Assembly (NCBI GenBank): GCA_012103575.1
Contig: WLWN01000001.1
Span: 1,676,538 to 1,740,537 of the forward strand
From: Kiritimatiellia bacterium
GTDB taxonomy: Bacteria > Verrucomicrobiota > Kiritimatiellia > WLWN01
DNA: 64,000 nt
Direction: 5' to 3'
How positions within the stretch are numbered: position 1 is the stretch's first letter; each line of letters begins with the position of its first letter. Positions 30,006-39,908 of the stretch are shown piece after piece. The notes beneath the pieces are model-generated. The model saw only the letters and a list, made by a program, of their open reading frames with translations, searched no databases and had not been told where the DNA came from. Both the position numbers and the translations under genes were made by a program.

Positions 30006-30993
30006 ATGAAGGCAACTTCAAAACCTAAAAAATTGCTTGATCAGGTTCGAGAAATCTTGCGAATCCATCATTATTCCATTCGAACGGAGCAGTCTTATGT
30101 AAAATGGGTCAAGGATTATATTTTTTTTAACGGGAAGAAACATCCTCAAGAAATGGGAATTCCTGAAGTCGAACGGTTTTTGACCCATCTTGCTGTCAAT
30201 AAAAATTTGGCTTCAGGAACCCAAAACTAGGCGTTAAATGCCCTTGTTTTCCTCTACAAAAAAGTGTTGAGAAAACCTTTGGGTGAAAAGATCAATGCGG
30301 TTCGAGCGCGGAAGAAACAGCGATTACCGGTTGTTCTAAGTAAAGAGGAAGTTAGCCGCCTTTTAAAGGCTATGTCTGGCGTCCATGAGCTTATGGCACA
30401 ATTGATGTATGGCTGTGGGCTTCGGGTTATGGAAGTATTACGTTTACGGGTACAGGAGCTAGATTTTGATCAGGGGCTGCTTCTGGTTCGTCGCGGTAAG
30501 GGCGATAAAGATCGCTCTACTATCTTGCTGCCCGAATTACATGTGCCTCTGAAGGATCACGTAATCTTTGTCAGAAAACTGTATGAACAAGATGTAGAGA
30601 ATGGTACTTGCAATGTATATCTTCCTCATGCCCTTGCACAAAAGTATCGAGGGGGGCCCCGCGCATGGAACTGGCAATATGTATTCGCGTCCAAAAGCCT
30701 CTCTGTTGACCCTCGAGCAGGTGTAAGGCGTCGTCACCATATGGATGAAAGCAGTATTCAAAAATCGGTGGTGCATGCTGCTTGTTTGGTATAGATCCCC
30801 CAAGAAAGTTACCTGTCAGACCTTACGCCATTCTTTTGCTACTCATCTACTCGAAGCAGGGACCAATATTTGCATGGTACAAGAGCTTTTGGGTCATAAA
30901 GATGTAAAAACAACACAGATCTATACTCATGTTATGAAAAGAGACTTTCATCAGATCAAAAGCCCGTTAAGTATGTTGCTTCAGGCTACCTGA
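30006..30993 (+). pseudogene. intI: Integron integrase IntI, degenerate (in-frame TAG at ~30229 plus a frameshift near 30780)
   Basis: …FLTHLAVNKNLASGTQN*ALNALVFLYKKVL…; IntI-specific insert …[40 protein letters not shown]…; C-terminal …[41 protein letters not shown] in another frame. Confidence 0.8.
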
Positions 30994-31017
30994 TTGAAAA
31001 ATTGATAGGATTAAAAA

Positions 31018-31254
31018 ATGATTACGAAAGCTACAAGCTGTACCCTTGTTCTGGTCTTGAGTTTGTGCTGCTCTTGTTCAAAGAAATGGTATGTAAACGA
31101 TCAAGGTGTTACTGGCGATATTTTTACGTGTATCCCGGGCGACAACACAAAAGGAACAAGCAGTAAAAAGAAACCTTTTGCAATAGTTAACGTTACTGTC
31201 GAGCACACACGATTTTCAACAAATAAAAAGGGAACCATAAAATCTTCAGTATGA
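31018..31254 (+). CDS. Hypothetical small Cys-containing lipoprotein-like ORF
   Basis: Signal-like N-terminus with Cys cluster (LSLCCSCS). No homology recognised. Confidence 0.3.
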   Translation: MITKATSCTLVLVLSLCCSCSKKWYVNDQGVTGDIFTCIPGDNTKGTSSKKKPFAIVNVTVEHTRFSTNKKGTIKSSV

Positions 31255-31448
31255 CCCTCCCCCGGACATCCCTCTTATCCCGGGGCATACCTCTGCGCTC
31301 AACTGGATTATCTGGGTTCAACAACGCAACGAATAATTGCATCTTATAATCGACTTAGGGTATAAACACATTTCGATAAATGTTGAACTGGCATCTTGTT
31401 TTCGTGGAGAGTGGTCTTATGGACCGGTCACATCTTTAAAATACCAAC

Positions 31449-34400
31449 GTGTTACAAGGAGTACGGGTGAGCAAACAACCTTTTGTCCATTTACATTTTC
31501 ATACTCAGTACAGCCTTTTGGATGGAGCGTGTCGTGTCAAAAGCGCCATGGAAACGGCACAAGCCCAGGGTATGTCTGCGGTCGCGATTACCGATCACGG
31601 TGTATTGTATGGGGCTGTTGATTTTTATAAGACGGCTAAAAGTTACGGGGTGAAGCCGATCTTGGGGTGTGAAGTGTATACGACGCCTGAAAATACCGGT
31701 ATGACAGAACGAAAAACCGGTCGCGATGGCAGCCAATCCAATCATCTTGTTCTGCTTGCTGAAAACGAAGTAGGTTATCAGAACTTGGTACAACTTGTAT
31801 CCAGAGCACATTTAGACGGATTTTATTATAAACCTAGGATCGATAAAGCCCTTCTTAGAGAATATAACGAAGGGCTTATCGGGTTATCCGCTTGTTTAAA
31901 AGGCGAGATTCCCGAGCACTGCGTGCGTGGCGATGTCGATGGGGCGGTCCAAAAAACCGAAGAATTTACTGATATCTTAGGCAAAGACAATTTCTACATA
32001 GAACTTCAGGATCACGGTATTCAAGAACAGCGTATTGCCAATGAGGGATTGCTTGAAGTGGCTAAACGTACAGGTCTTCCTCTTGTGGCTACCAACGATG
32101 TCCATTATATAGCGCCTGAACATCACACCGCCCACGACGTGATGATTTGTTTGCAAACCCAATCCGTTATGAGTGACCCAAATCGGATGAAATACCAGTC
32201 CGATCAGTTTTACATGAAAACGCCTGAAGAAATGTGGGACCTTTTTAGGGAATATCCTGATGCATTAAAGAATACATTGGCGATTGCAGAGCGCTGTAAC
32301 GTTGAACTTCAGCTCGACAAAGAATTCCATTTTCCTCTTTATCAACTCCCGGAAGGTGAAAATCAGAAACATTATTTAGCCCAGGTTGCCAAAGAAGGGT
32401 TGAAGTATCGGTATGGTGTTGAGGATGTTGATCATCCAAAAAATGAAGAAGAAAAGAAGATTGCAGATCGATTTTACCATGAACTAAACGTGATCGAAAA
32501 AACAGGGTTCATCAATTATTTCCTCGTGGTCTGGGATTTTGTGCGTTTTGCCCGGGAACGCCACATTCCTGTTGGGCCAGGTCGTGGATCAGGAGCGGGA
32601 AGCATTATGGCCTATGTATTAGGCATTACGGGTATTGATCCATTACAATACGATTTAATTTTTGAACGTTTTTTGAATCCTGATCGTGTTTCACCCCCTG
32701 ATTTTGATATTGATTTCTGCCAATCTCGACGGGATGAGGTTATTGATTACGTTAAAGAAAAATATGGACGCGATAGCGTGGCTCAAATCATTACTTTCGG
32801 GACACTAGGGGCAAAAACGGTTATTCGTGATGTGGGTCGTGTATTGGAAATACCCTTCAATGAATGTGATCGCCTCGCCAAATTGATACCTGAAGAACCT
32901 GGTATGACCCTGGAAAAAGCGCTTCAACAGAGTCCTGACTTTAAGAAAGCGACCGAAACCGAAGAACATGCAAAACGTATCATGCAACATGCACGTGTTC
33001 TTGAAGGGCTGCCTCGCAATCCTGGAACGCATGCCGCAGGCGTTGTTATTGGAGAAAAACCATTAGTAGAAATTCTTCCTCTTGCGCGTGATAAAGACAA
33101 AGAAGTAGTCACACAATTTGAGATGAAACCGTTGGAGCAAACGGGTCTTTTAAAAATGGATTTCTTGGGTCTTAAAACGTTAACCGTTATTCAAGAAACC
33201 ATTGACCACGTTAAAAAAACAAAAGATATCGACCTTGATATGGAAACCTTGCCCATGAATGATGAGCCTACTTTCGCCTTATTAAATCGGGGCGATACCA
33301 TTGGGGTGTTCCAAATTGAAAGTCAGGGGATGCGCGATTTGCTCAGAAGAATAGGGCTCACCTGTTTTGAGGAGATTATTGCGATGATCGCCTTGTTCAG
33401 ACCCGGACCTATGAATATGTTGGATGATTATGTAAACCGTAAACACGGAAAGGTGAAAATCAAATATGACCACTCTCTCCTTGAACCGATTCTTAAGGAA
33501 ACATATGGCGTGATGCTCTATCAGGAGCAGGTTCAGCGGGCTGCCAATGTGTTAGCCGGTTATTCGTTGGGTGAAGGAGATATTTTGCGTCGTGCCATGG
33601 GTAAAAAAACTATGGAAGAAATGACGCAGCAACGAGATAAATTTGTGAAGGGCTGCGCTCAACATAATAAAATTAATGCAAAAACTGCAGAAAAAATCTT
33701 TAACAATATAGAACGATTTGCCGGGTACGGTTTTAATAAATCACATAGCGCGGCATACGCTATTCTTTCTTACCAAACCGCTTTTTTTAAAGCCCATTAT
33801 CCTTCAGAATTTATGGCCGCTTTGCTTTCTTCAGAAATGGGGAATGCGGATAAGCTTCCTATGCTTATTGCAGAAGCACAGGAAATGGAAATTGAAATGT
33901 TTCCCCCAGATGTTAACGAAAGCGAAGTGCGGTTTCGTCCCGTTATTAACGGCATGCGGTTTGGATTGGCCGGTGTTAAAAACATTGGCGTGGGTGTCGT
34001 CGAATCGATTATTAAAGAGCGAGAAATGGATGGGCCCTTTAAAGACGGGTTGGTTGAATTTTGCAGTCGACTCGATTCGAAGGCGAATAATAAGAAGGTG
34101 CTGGAAAGTTTGGTTAAATGTGGTGCGTTTGATTACACAAAACAGTCTCGTGGACGCCTTTTTAATGGGATTGAATTTGCCATCAATCGGGCCTCAGAAG
34201 CGAACAAAGATCGTCAGTCTGGACAAGGTTCTTTGTTCGATATCTTGGAAGACAAAAGTGAAGAATTTAGGAAGGATGAATTACCCCCAGCAGAACCTTG
34301 GCCGGCTAGCCAGATGCTTTCTGCAGAAAAAGAGTTGCTTGGTTTTTATATTTCCGGTCATCCACTAACAGCCTTTGAATGGACATTAACCCATTACAAC

Positions 34401-35012
34401 CTGGCGAATATGAAGGAACTCAGCTCTATTGAAGCAGGAACGTCGACTCGAATCGGAGGGCTTGTTTCGCATTATCAAAAAAAGTTTACAAAACGAACTC
34501 AAGAGCCGATGGCTATCTTTCGACTTGCAGGGCTTCAAGGATGGGTAGAGGTCGTTGCTTTTCCGGACGCGTTTAGAGAGTATGGGGTTTATCTTCAAGA
34601 AGATGTGCCGATTATGATCTGTGGTGAGATTTCACAAGATGACCGATTAAAAATGATTGCGGGAGAGATGTATCCGCTTGAAAGAGTACATGACCATTTT
34701 ACGCAAAATATCAGCATTCATCTTTCAGCCGCCAACCTCCAAGACGATCGGTTGGAGAGGATTAAGAGCATACTTCGACGACATCCGGGGAACATTCCTG
34801 TAACCGTCTGTTTGCAATTTCCAGGAGGTGAAAAAGTCTTTATTAAAACAGATCGCAGATTAAAGGTGTCCGCGCGGGAAAAGCTTGTCCATGAATTAGA
34901 GCATTGTATCGGGGAAGATTCTATTTATGTGGCCATCAACCGCAGTCCGTATAAACATGGAGATCAGGAACGGCGTAACGCAAAAGGGTGGGCTAAGCGT
35001 AAAGCCGGGTAA
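31449..35012 (+). CDS. dnaE: DNA polymerase III alpha subunit
   Basis: PHP domain FVHLHFHTQYSLLDGA. Pol III alpha catalytic and OB domains. 1187 aa. Confidence 0.95.
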   Translation: MLQGVRVSKQPFVHLHFHTQYSLLDGACRVKSAMETAQAQGMSAVAITDHGVLYGAVDFYKTAKSYGVKPILGCEVYTTPENTGMTERKTGRDGSQSNHLVLLAENEVGYQNLVQLVSRAHLDGFYYKPRIDKALLREYNEGLIGLSACLKGEIPEHCVRGDVDGAVQKTEEFTDILGKDNFYIELQDHGIQEQRIANEGLLEVAKRTGLPLVATNDVHYIAPEHHTAHDVMICLQTQSVMSDPNRMKYQSDQFYMKTPEEMWDLFREYPDALKNTLAIAERCNVELQLDKEFHFPLYQLPEGENQKHYLAQVAKEGLKYRYGVEDVDHPKNEEEKKIADRFYHELNVIEKTGFINYFLVVWDFVRFARERHIPVGPGRGSGAGSIMAYVLGITGIDPLQYDLIFERFLNPDRVSPPDFDIDFCQSRRDEVIDYVKEKYGRDSVAQIITFGTLGAKTVIRDVGRVLEIPFNECDRLAKLIPEEPGMTLEKALQQSPDFKKATETEEHAKRIMQHARVLEGLPRNPGTHAAGVVIGEKPLVEILPLARDKDKEVVTQFEMKPLEQTGLLKMDFLGLKTLTVIQETIDHVKKTKDIDLDMETLPMNDEPTFALLNRGDTIGVFQIESQGMRDLLRRIGLTCFEEIIAMIALFRPGPMNMLDDYVNRKHGKVKIKYDHSLLEPILKETYGVMLYQEQVQRAANVLAGYSLGEGDILRRAMGKKTMEEMTQQRDKFVKGCAQHNKINAKTAEKIFNNIERFAGYGFNKSHSAAYAILSYQTAFFKAHYPSEFMAALLSSEMGNADKLPMLIAEAQEMEIEMFPPDVNESEVRFRPVINGMRFGLAGVKNIGVGVVESIIKEREMDGPFKDGLVEFCSRLDSKANNKKVLESLVKCGAFDYTKQSRGRLFNGIEFAINRASEANKDRQSGQGSLFDILEDKSEEFRKDELPPAEPWPASQMLSAEKELLGFYISGHPLTAFEWTLTHYNLANMKELSSIEAGTSTRIGGLVSHYQKKFTKRTQEPMAIFRLAGLQGWVEVVAFPDAFREYGVYLQEDVPIMICGEISQDDRLKMIAGEMYPLERVHDHFTQNISIHLSAANLQDDRLERIKSILRRHPGNIPVTVCLQFPGGEKVFIKTDRRLKVSAREKLVHELEHCIGEDSIYVAINRSPYKHGDQERRNAKGWAKRKAG

Positions 35013-35113
35013 GAGGGGATGACAAAGGTAGGCGGTCCGTGATCTAAACGTGAGAAGAAAAGTTTTCGATGGCCTCAGATGTTATCCTACGCTTAATACA
35101 TGATCTCTTGAGC

Positions 35114-35764
35114 TCAAGGAGCTAGCCGTTGAATCTTCCATTCTTGATGGGTGAAAGTATATTGGAAGCGATCATGAAGGCGACACGGGCGACCCTGCCA
35201 AAATTCAAAAAGGGTGGGCTTCAGTCGATAGCCGCCCCATGCAGGGGGAGCAGGAATTTTATCCGTATTGTATCTAGCTTTGTAATCGTTACATTTCTCT
35301 TCCAATATCTGACGGTTTGCGATGGGTTTACTTTGGGGAGAGACCCAAGCTCCAATTTGGCTTTCTGTGGGTCGGCTTTGGAAGTACGCTTCTGATTTTT
35401 TGACGGAGGTTTTTTTCACGGTTCCCTCAATTTTGATTTGTCTTTCCAAGGTCGGCCAATAAAAAAGCAATGCGCCATTAGGATTTTCATTGAGCTCTTT
35501 TGCTTTTCGACTTTCATAATTCGTATAAAAAACAAAACCGCTTTCGTCATATTCTTTAAGCAACACGGTGCGAATAGAAGGCCTTCCAACGCCATCGGCT
35601 GTTGCCAAGGTCATGGCATTAAAATCAATCAATTTTGCGTTTAAGGCCGATTTGAACCATTGCTGAAATTGCTCGAAAGGGTTCGCCAAAAGGCTCTCTT
35701 CGTTTAACGTTTCCTGTGTATATTCGCGATGAAGTTGAAGAAAGTTTTTTTGACCTATTTTCAA
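35114..35764 (-). CDS. pdxH: Pyridoxamine 5'-phosphate oxidase
   Basis: …MTLATADGVGRPSIRTVLLKEYDESGFVFYTNYESRKAKEL…WGGYRLKP…EFWQGRPCRLHDRFQY. Confidence 0.9.
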   Translation of the reverse strand: MKIGQKNFLQLHREYTQETLNEESLLANPFEQFQQWFKSALNAKLIDFNAMTLATADGVGRPSIRTVLLKEYDESGFVFYTNYESRKAKELNENPNGALLFYWPTLERQIKIEGTVKKTSVKKSEAYFQSRPTESQIGAWVSPQSKPIANRQILEEKCNDYKARYNTDKIPAPPAWGGYRLKPTLFEFWQGRPCRLHDRFQYTFTHQEWKIQRLAP

Positions 35765-36345
35765 ATTCTGTTCCTAATCTTTTTTAATACGCTTCCCAGA
35801 ATGGGGATTTTTTCATATACGGTTCCCGCTACATCCCAATAGTCTTGTTGAAAAATGATCTTTCCTTCCTTATTATAGCGGACATGGGACATTCCCGTTG
35901 CGTTCATCGGACGATCTTTATACCGTTTGAGGGTAAGATCCATCCACCACCGAAAATAATAGTTGCCTTTATGGTTGGCTACATCCTGAATATCAAAGGT
36001 ACAAGACTCGATCGTATCTGTTGACTCCAAAAAATAGTTTTCAATTTCATCAATACCTTCAACGGTTTTAAAAGGGTCGGCAAAAAAAGCGTTTTCAGCA
36101 TAGAGATTGCGAACATTCTTTTGGATCTTTTCATGCGAATAGTCTTGGTAGAATTCAATAAATTGAGCCATCGCTCTTTTTACGGTCGCGGAATCCGGCT
36201 CCATAAGCTGTACTTGGCCAGCATCCGTTGTTTTTAATGCGTTTTGATAGAGCTGATTTCGATTTATCCTATTCTTTATCGGTGTAGAGCAAGCATTTAA
36301 AAATAATAGACCGATGATTGGATATATCCAGTTTTTGATCTGCAT
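35761..36345 (-). CDS. Lipoprotein, NTF2/SnoaL-like fold (hypothetical)
   Basis: Signal peptide with lipobox LFLNAC (start taken at MQIKNW). No catalytic motif identified. Confidence 0.5.
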   Translation of the reverse strand: MQIKNWIYPIIGLLFLNACSTPIKNRINRNQLYQNALKTTDAGQVQLMEPDSATVKRAMAQFIEFYQDYSHEKIQKNVRNLYAENAFFADPFKTVEGIDEIENYFLESTDTIESCTFDIQDVANHKGNYYFRWWMDLTLKRYKDRPMNATGMSHVRYNKEGKIIFQQDYWDVAGTVYEKIPILGSVLKKIRNRI

Positions 36346-36471
36346 GAAAGATTCCTTTTTAAGTATGTAGAGAATAAGTTTGCACTTTCCAGGCAAGTCG
36401 GGCATTTTCCTCGGCTATACCCATACCCGTATATGCGTTTACATGCCGAATAGTATAGAACATCGAGATAT

Positions 36472-37386
36472 ATGAATCCATTAAAAAAAATATACAATAT
36501 TTACCGAAAAATATTTTCCGAAGAAGAGAATATTACGTTGATCGACGGTTGTCCAATTGCGTTTGTCCATTTAGTATGCCTGACCATCCCATGGGTCGGG
36601 TTTAGCGTGACGGCGGTGATCGCTTGTTTTGCGGCATATGCATTACGTGTATTTTCGCTTACAGGAGGGTATCACAGATATTTTTCACACCGGTCCTATA
36701 AAACAAGTCGTGTTTTTCAATTTATACTTGCGTTTCTAGGTGGCTCAGCAGCACAATTAGGTGCCCTTTGGTGGGCGGCCCATCATCGGCATCATCATGA
36801 ACATTCTGACACCAAGAAAGATATCCACTCTCCACACCGCCGGGGCTTCTTTTTCGCGCATATTGGATGGGTGTTATGTGACCGTTATTCGGAGACACAA
36901 CTCGAACACATAGGGGACTTTGCTCGCTATCCTGAATTACGGTTCCTGAATCGTTTCCATATTATTCCTCCCTTAACCTTAGGTCTCATCATGTACGGGC
37001 TCGGATACTTTTTTCAGACTCATTATCCTCATTTGAATACGTCCCCTTGGCAAATGGTGGTATGGGGATTCTTTGTGAGTACGGTACTGGTCTACCACGC
37101 AACTTTTTGTATTAACTCCGTCACTCATATGATGGGGAAAAAACGATTTCGCATTAAAGACGATAGTCGAAACAGTTTTTTACTTGCTTTTTTAACCATG
37201 GGAGAAGGGTGGCATAACAACCATCATCGATATCCTATGGCCACTCGACAGGGGCTTTATTGGTGGGAAATTGATATGACCTACTACATCCTCGTCCTGC
37301 TTTCCAAGCTGGGTCTCATATGGGATTTACAAAAACATCCCCAAATGATCTACGAAGAAGCACGTCAAATCAAACAAGATATATAA
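36472..37386 (+). CDS. Acyl-CoA/acyl-lipid delta-9 fatty acid desaturase
   Basis: Histidine boxes HRYFSHRSY, HHRHHHEHSD and GEGWHNNHHRYP. Four TM segments. Confidence 0.85.
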   Translation: MNPLKKIYNIYRKIFSEEENITLIDGCPIAFVHLVCLTIPWVGFSVTAVIACFAAYALRVFSLTGGYHRYFSHRSYKTSRVFQFILAFLGGSAAQLGALWWAAHHRHHHEHSDTKKDIHSPHRRGFFFAHIGWVLCDRYSETQLEHIGDFARYPELRFLNRFHIIPPLTLGLIMYGLGYFFQTHYPHLNTSPWQMVVWGFFVSTVLVYHATFCINSVTHMMGKKRFRIKDDSRNSFLLAFLTMGEGWHNNHHRYPMATRQGLYWWEIDMTYYILVLLSKLGLIWDLQKHPQMIYEEARQIKQDI

Positions 37387-37439
37387 GGCAGTCGGGATTG
37401 TAAAATCTGGAGAAAGATAAAGCCCAAGGTCTTGAAGGC

Positions 37440-37640
37440 GAGGTGAATTACTTTAAGGCGCACCGCGACCCTATAGATTATCAGGCTGCTAAATGAGGGG
37501 GTTGCCCTAAAGGGTCTGGAGCCATGGAATCGACCTGTGCCCAATTCCAAACCCGATTCAAACGAACCGGTCAATTTTGGATACCTCCTAGAAAGCATCA
37601 CTTAATCGCTCTGGAATTAGCACGGCAGAATCATGACGGG
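37440..37640 (+). pseudogene. Possible C-terminal remnant of an IS4/IS5/IS982-superfamily transposase
   Basis: …MESTCAQFQTRFKRTGQFWIPPRKHHLIALELARQN… loosely resembles the IERxFxxLKxFRRIxTRY…LAxNL C-terminus. Frames are broken. Confidence 0.25.
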
Positions 37641-37681
37641 GATGATATTTGGTAGTATGACCCAGATGCGCCTCAAATAAC

Positions 37682-37716
37682 TAGCCGTTCTAATTTTGAT
37701 TTCAAATTTCAAATGG
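37682..37716. promoter_or_regulatory. Degenerate copy of the tRNA-upstream palindrome (AGCCGTTCTAATTTTGATTTCAAATTTCAAATGGCT), ending 4 nt before the TTGACT -35 box of tRNA-Val
   Basis: Shares the TTCTAATTTTGATTTCAAA core and …ATGGCT end with 19325..19360. Same spacing to the tRNA. Confidence 0.45.
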
Positions 37717-37767
37717 CTGTGACTTGACTTCGTAAAGCAGACCGTTAAGCTACCCCTCTTATTTTTC

Positions 37768-37842
37768 GGGCGGTTAGCTCAGCGGGAGAGCGGCTGGTTT
37801 ACACCCAGTAGGTCACAGGTTCGAATCCTGTACCGCCCACCA
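37768..37842 (+). tRNA. tRNA-Val (anticodon TAC), with encoded CCA
   Basis: Acceptor GGGCGGT/ACCGCCC. D arm GCTC-AGCGGGA-GAGC. Anticodon stem-loop GCTGG-TTTACAC-CCAGT. T arm ACAGG-TTCGAAT-CCTGT. Confidence 0.9.
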
Positions 37843-37972
37843 GGTTTCGTGTCGAACATCGTAATAATAAGAAGCCTGTCACGGCGTAGCGTGTCGTGTG
37901 AGCAAAGCCAGACTGGCCACAACGCTACGTTTTGGTGCAACCCTTATACTCCAGAAGAAAGGTTATAGATTA

Positions 37973-39238
37973 ATGAGTTACAACAAAATTGAAGTTCCTG
38001 AAAACGGCGAAAAGATTGCCATGGGAGATGATACGTATCTTCAGGTCCCCCATCATCCCATTATCCCTTTTATTGAAGGGGATGGTACGGGGAAAGATCT
38101 CACTCATGCAGCCATGCTTGTATGGAATGCGGCCGTTGAAAAAGCATACGGAGGGACCCGTCAGGTTCAATGGATGGAAGTCTATGCCGGGGAAAAAGCA
38201 AACGAAGTCTATGGTGAACCCATCTGGTTACCTCCCGAAACATTAGAAGCGGTCAAAGAATTTCTTGTAGCCATTAAAGGGCCTTTAACCACACCCGTAG
38301 GTGGTGGGATACAAAGTCTAAATGTGGCCTTACGCCAAGAACTTGATCTTTATGTATGTTTACGTCCTGTACGTTGGTTCAAAGGGGTTCCCTCCCCTGT
38401 CAAAAATCCTGAACGTACGGACATGGTTATTTTTCGTGAAAACTCTGAGGACATTTATGCGGGTGTAGAGTGGGAAGAAGGAACGTCAGAAGTTAGAAAA
38501 GTTATTGACTTTTTACAACAAGAAATGGGTGTTAAAAAAATTCGTTTCCCTGAAACTTCAGGGATTGGCATAAAACCGGTTTCTAAAGAAGGAACGACTC
38601 GTTTAAATAAAGCCGCTATTCAATATGCCATTGATAACAATCGTAAATCCGTGACGCTTGTTCATAAAGGGAATATTATGAAGTTTACCGAGGGCGCTTT
38701 TTGCGACTGGGGATATGAAACCGCTAAAACCCATTTTGGAGCTCAAGACCTTGATGGCGGTCCTTGGCAAGTCATTAAAAACCCAAGCACAGGTGAGAAC
38801 ATTATAATTAAAGACGTTATTGCAGATGCCTTTTTGCAGCAAATTCTTACTCGCCCAGCTGAATATGATGTGATCGCTACCATGAACCTAAACGGAGACT
38901 ATATTTCTGATGCGCTAGCCGCTTGTGTTGGAGGGATAGGAATTGCGCCAGGCGCAAACATTAACTATGAAACAGGGGTGTCAATCTTTGAAGCAACTCA
39001 TGGTACGGCGCCCAAATATGCCGGGCAAGATAAAGTCAATCCTGGTTCCCTTATTTTATCCGGGGCTATGATGTTTCGTTATATGAGGTGGCAAGAGGCG
39101 GCGGATCTTACTATCACCGGGATCGAAAAGACCATTAGTAATAAGACCGTAACATACGATTTCGAACGATTGATGGAGGGAGCTACGTTGCTCAAATGCA
39201 GTGAATTTGGTCAAGCGATTGTCGATAACATGGAATAA
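37973..39238 (+). CDS. icd: NADP-dependent isocitrate dehydrogenase
   Basis: …[12 protein letters not shown]…, [13 protein letters not shown], and conserved IDH length and order. Confidence 0.9.
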   Translation: MSYNKIEVPENGEKIAMGDDTYLQVPHHPIIPFIEGDGTGKDLTHAAMLVWNAAVEKAYGGTRQVQWMEVYAGEKANEVYGEPIWLPPETLEAVKEFLVAIKGPLTTPVGGGIQSLNVALRQELDLYVCLRPVRWFKGVPSPVKNPERTDMVIFRENSEDIYAGVEWEEGTSEVRKVIDFLQQEMGVKKIRFPETSGIGIKPVSKEGTTRLNKAAIQYAIDNNRKSVTLVHKGNIMKFTEGAFCDWGYETAKTHFGAQDLDGGPWQVIKNPSTGENIIIKDVIADAFLQQILTRPAEYDVIATMNLNGDYISDALAACVGGIGIAPGANINYETGVSIFEATHGTAPKYAGQDKVNPGSLILSGAMMFRYMRWQEAADLTITGIEKTISNKTVTYDFERLMEGATLLKCSEFGQAIVDNME

Positions 39239-39314
39239 TCCCAAATTTGGAATCTAGGTCTATTCGTTATCGGTTATTAGGGTGCTTCAAAGGAATAAAG
39301 ACATAACATTGGAT

Positions 39315-39815
39315 ATGGAAAAAAAATCCGATAGCCCTTTTTTCTCCCCAGATGCCATGCAGGAGGAAAGGGAAAATCTACGAGCTCAGAATAAAACCGT
39401 TGTATTCACGAATGGCTGTTTCGATATCCTGCATGTGGGCCATGTTTCCTATCTCTCCTTTGCAAAACAGCAAGGGGATATTCTGATTGTCGGCCTAAAT
39501 TCTGATCAATCTATTAAACGTATAAAAGGGGTCTATCGTCCCGTTGTCTCTGAAAAGGATCGTGCATCCGTTCTCTTGGCGCTCGAATCTGTAGATTATG
39601 TCATTATCTTTAATGAAGAAGAGCCGGCATCACTAATCGAGCTATTACTCCCTGATGTCCTTGTTAAAGGGGAAGATTGGGCCCATTATGTAAGCGGGCG
39701 AGGTGTTGTCGAAGCAAATGGGGGGTGTGTAGTTCTTGCGCCCATGGTTAAAGGACATTCGTCTAGCGACATTATAGAGCGCATCCAAAAATACTATGGC
39801 GCTGGGCCGCGTTAA
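39315..39815 (+). CDS. D-glycero-beta-D-manno-heptose 1-phosphate adenylyltransferase (RfaE domain II / HldC)
   Basis: Cytidylyltransferase fold VVFTNGCFDILHVGHVSYL…IVGLNSD…RPVVSEKDRA. Confidence 0.8.
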   Translation: MEKKSDSPFFSPDAMQEERENLRAQNKTVVFTNGCFDILHVGHVSYLSFAKQQGDILIVGLNSDQSIKRIKGVYRPVVSEKDRASVLLALESVDYVIIFNEEEPASLIELLLPDVLVKGEDWAHYVSGRGVVEANGGCVVLAPMVKGHSSSDIIERIQKYYGAGPR

Positions 39816-39908
39816 TACATATAGACGCGGTAGTCGGTAGGTTTATTGCTCGGTTGGAACCCATACTTCAAGAATTGGAAAGCGTTTAACTAGGTTCTGT
39901 CCTGAAAC

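Noticed and set aside
33718-34368. 216-aa ORF in an alternative frame inside dnaE, and numerous 60-120-aa ORFs nested in topA, recN, mutL and the fbp genes
   Set aside because: Overlapped by long conserved genes. No motifs. Typical out-of-frame noise.
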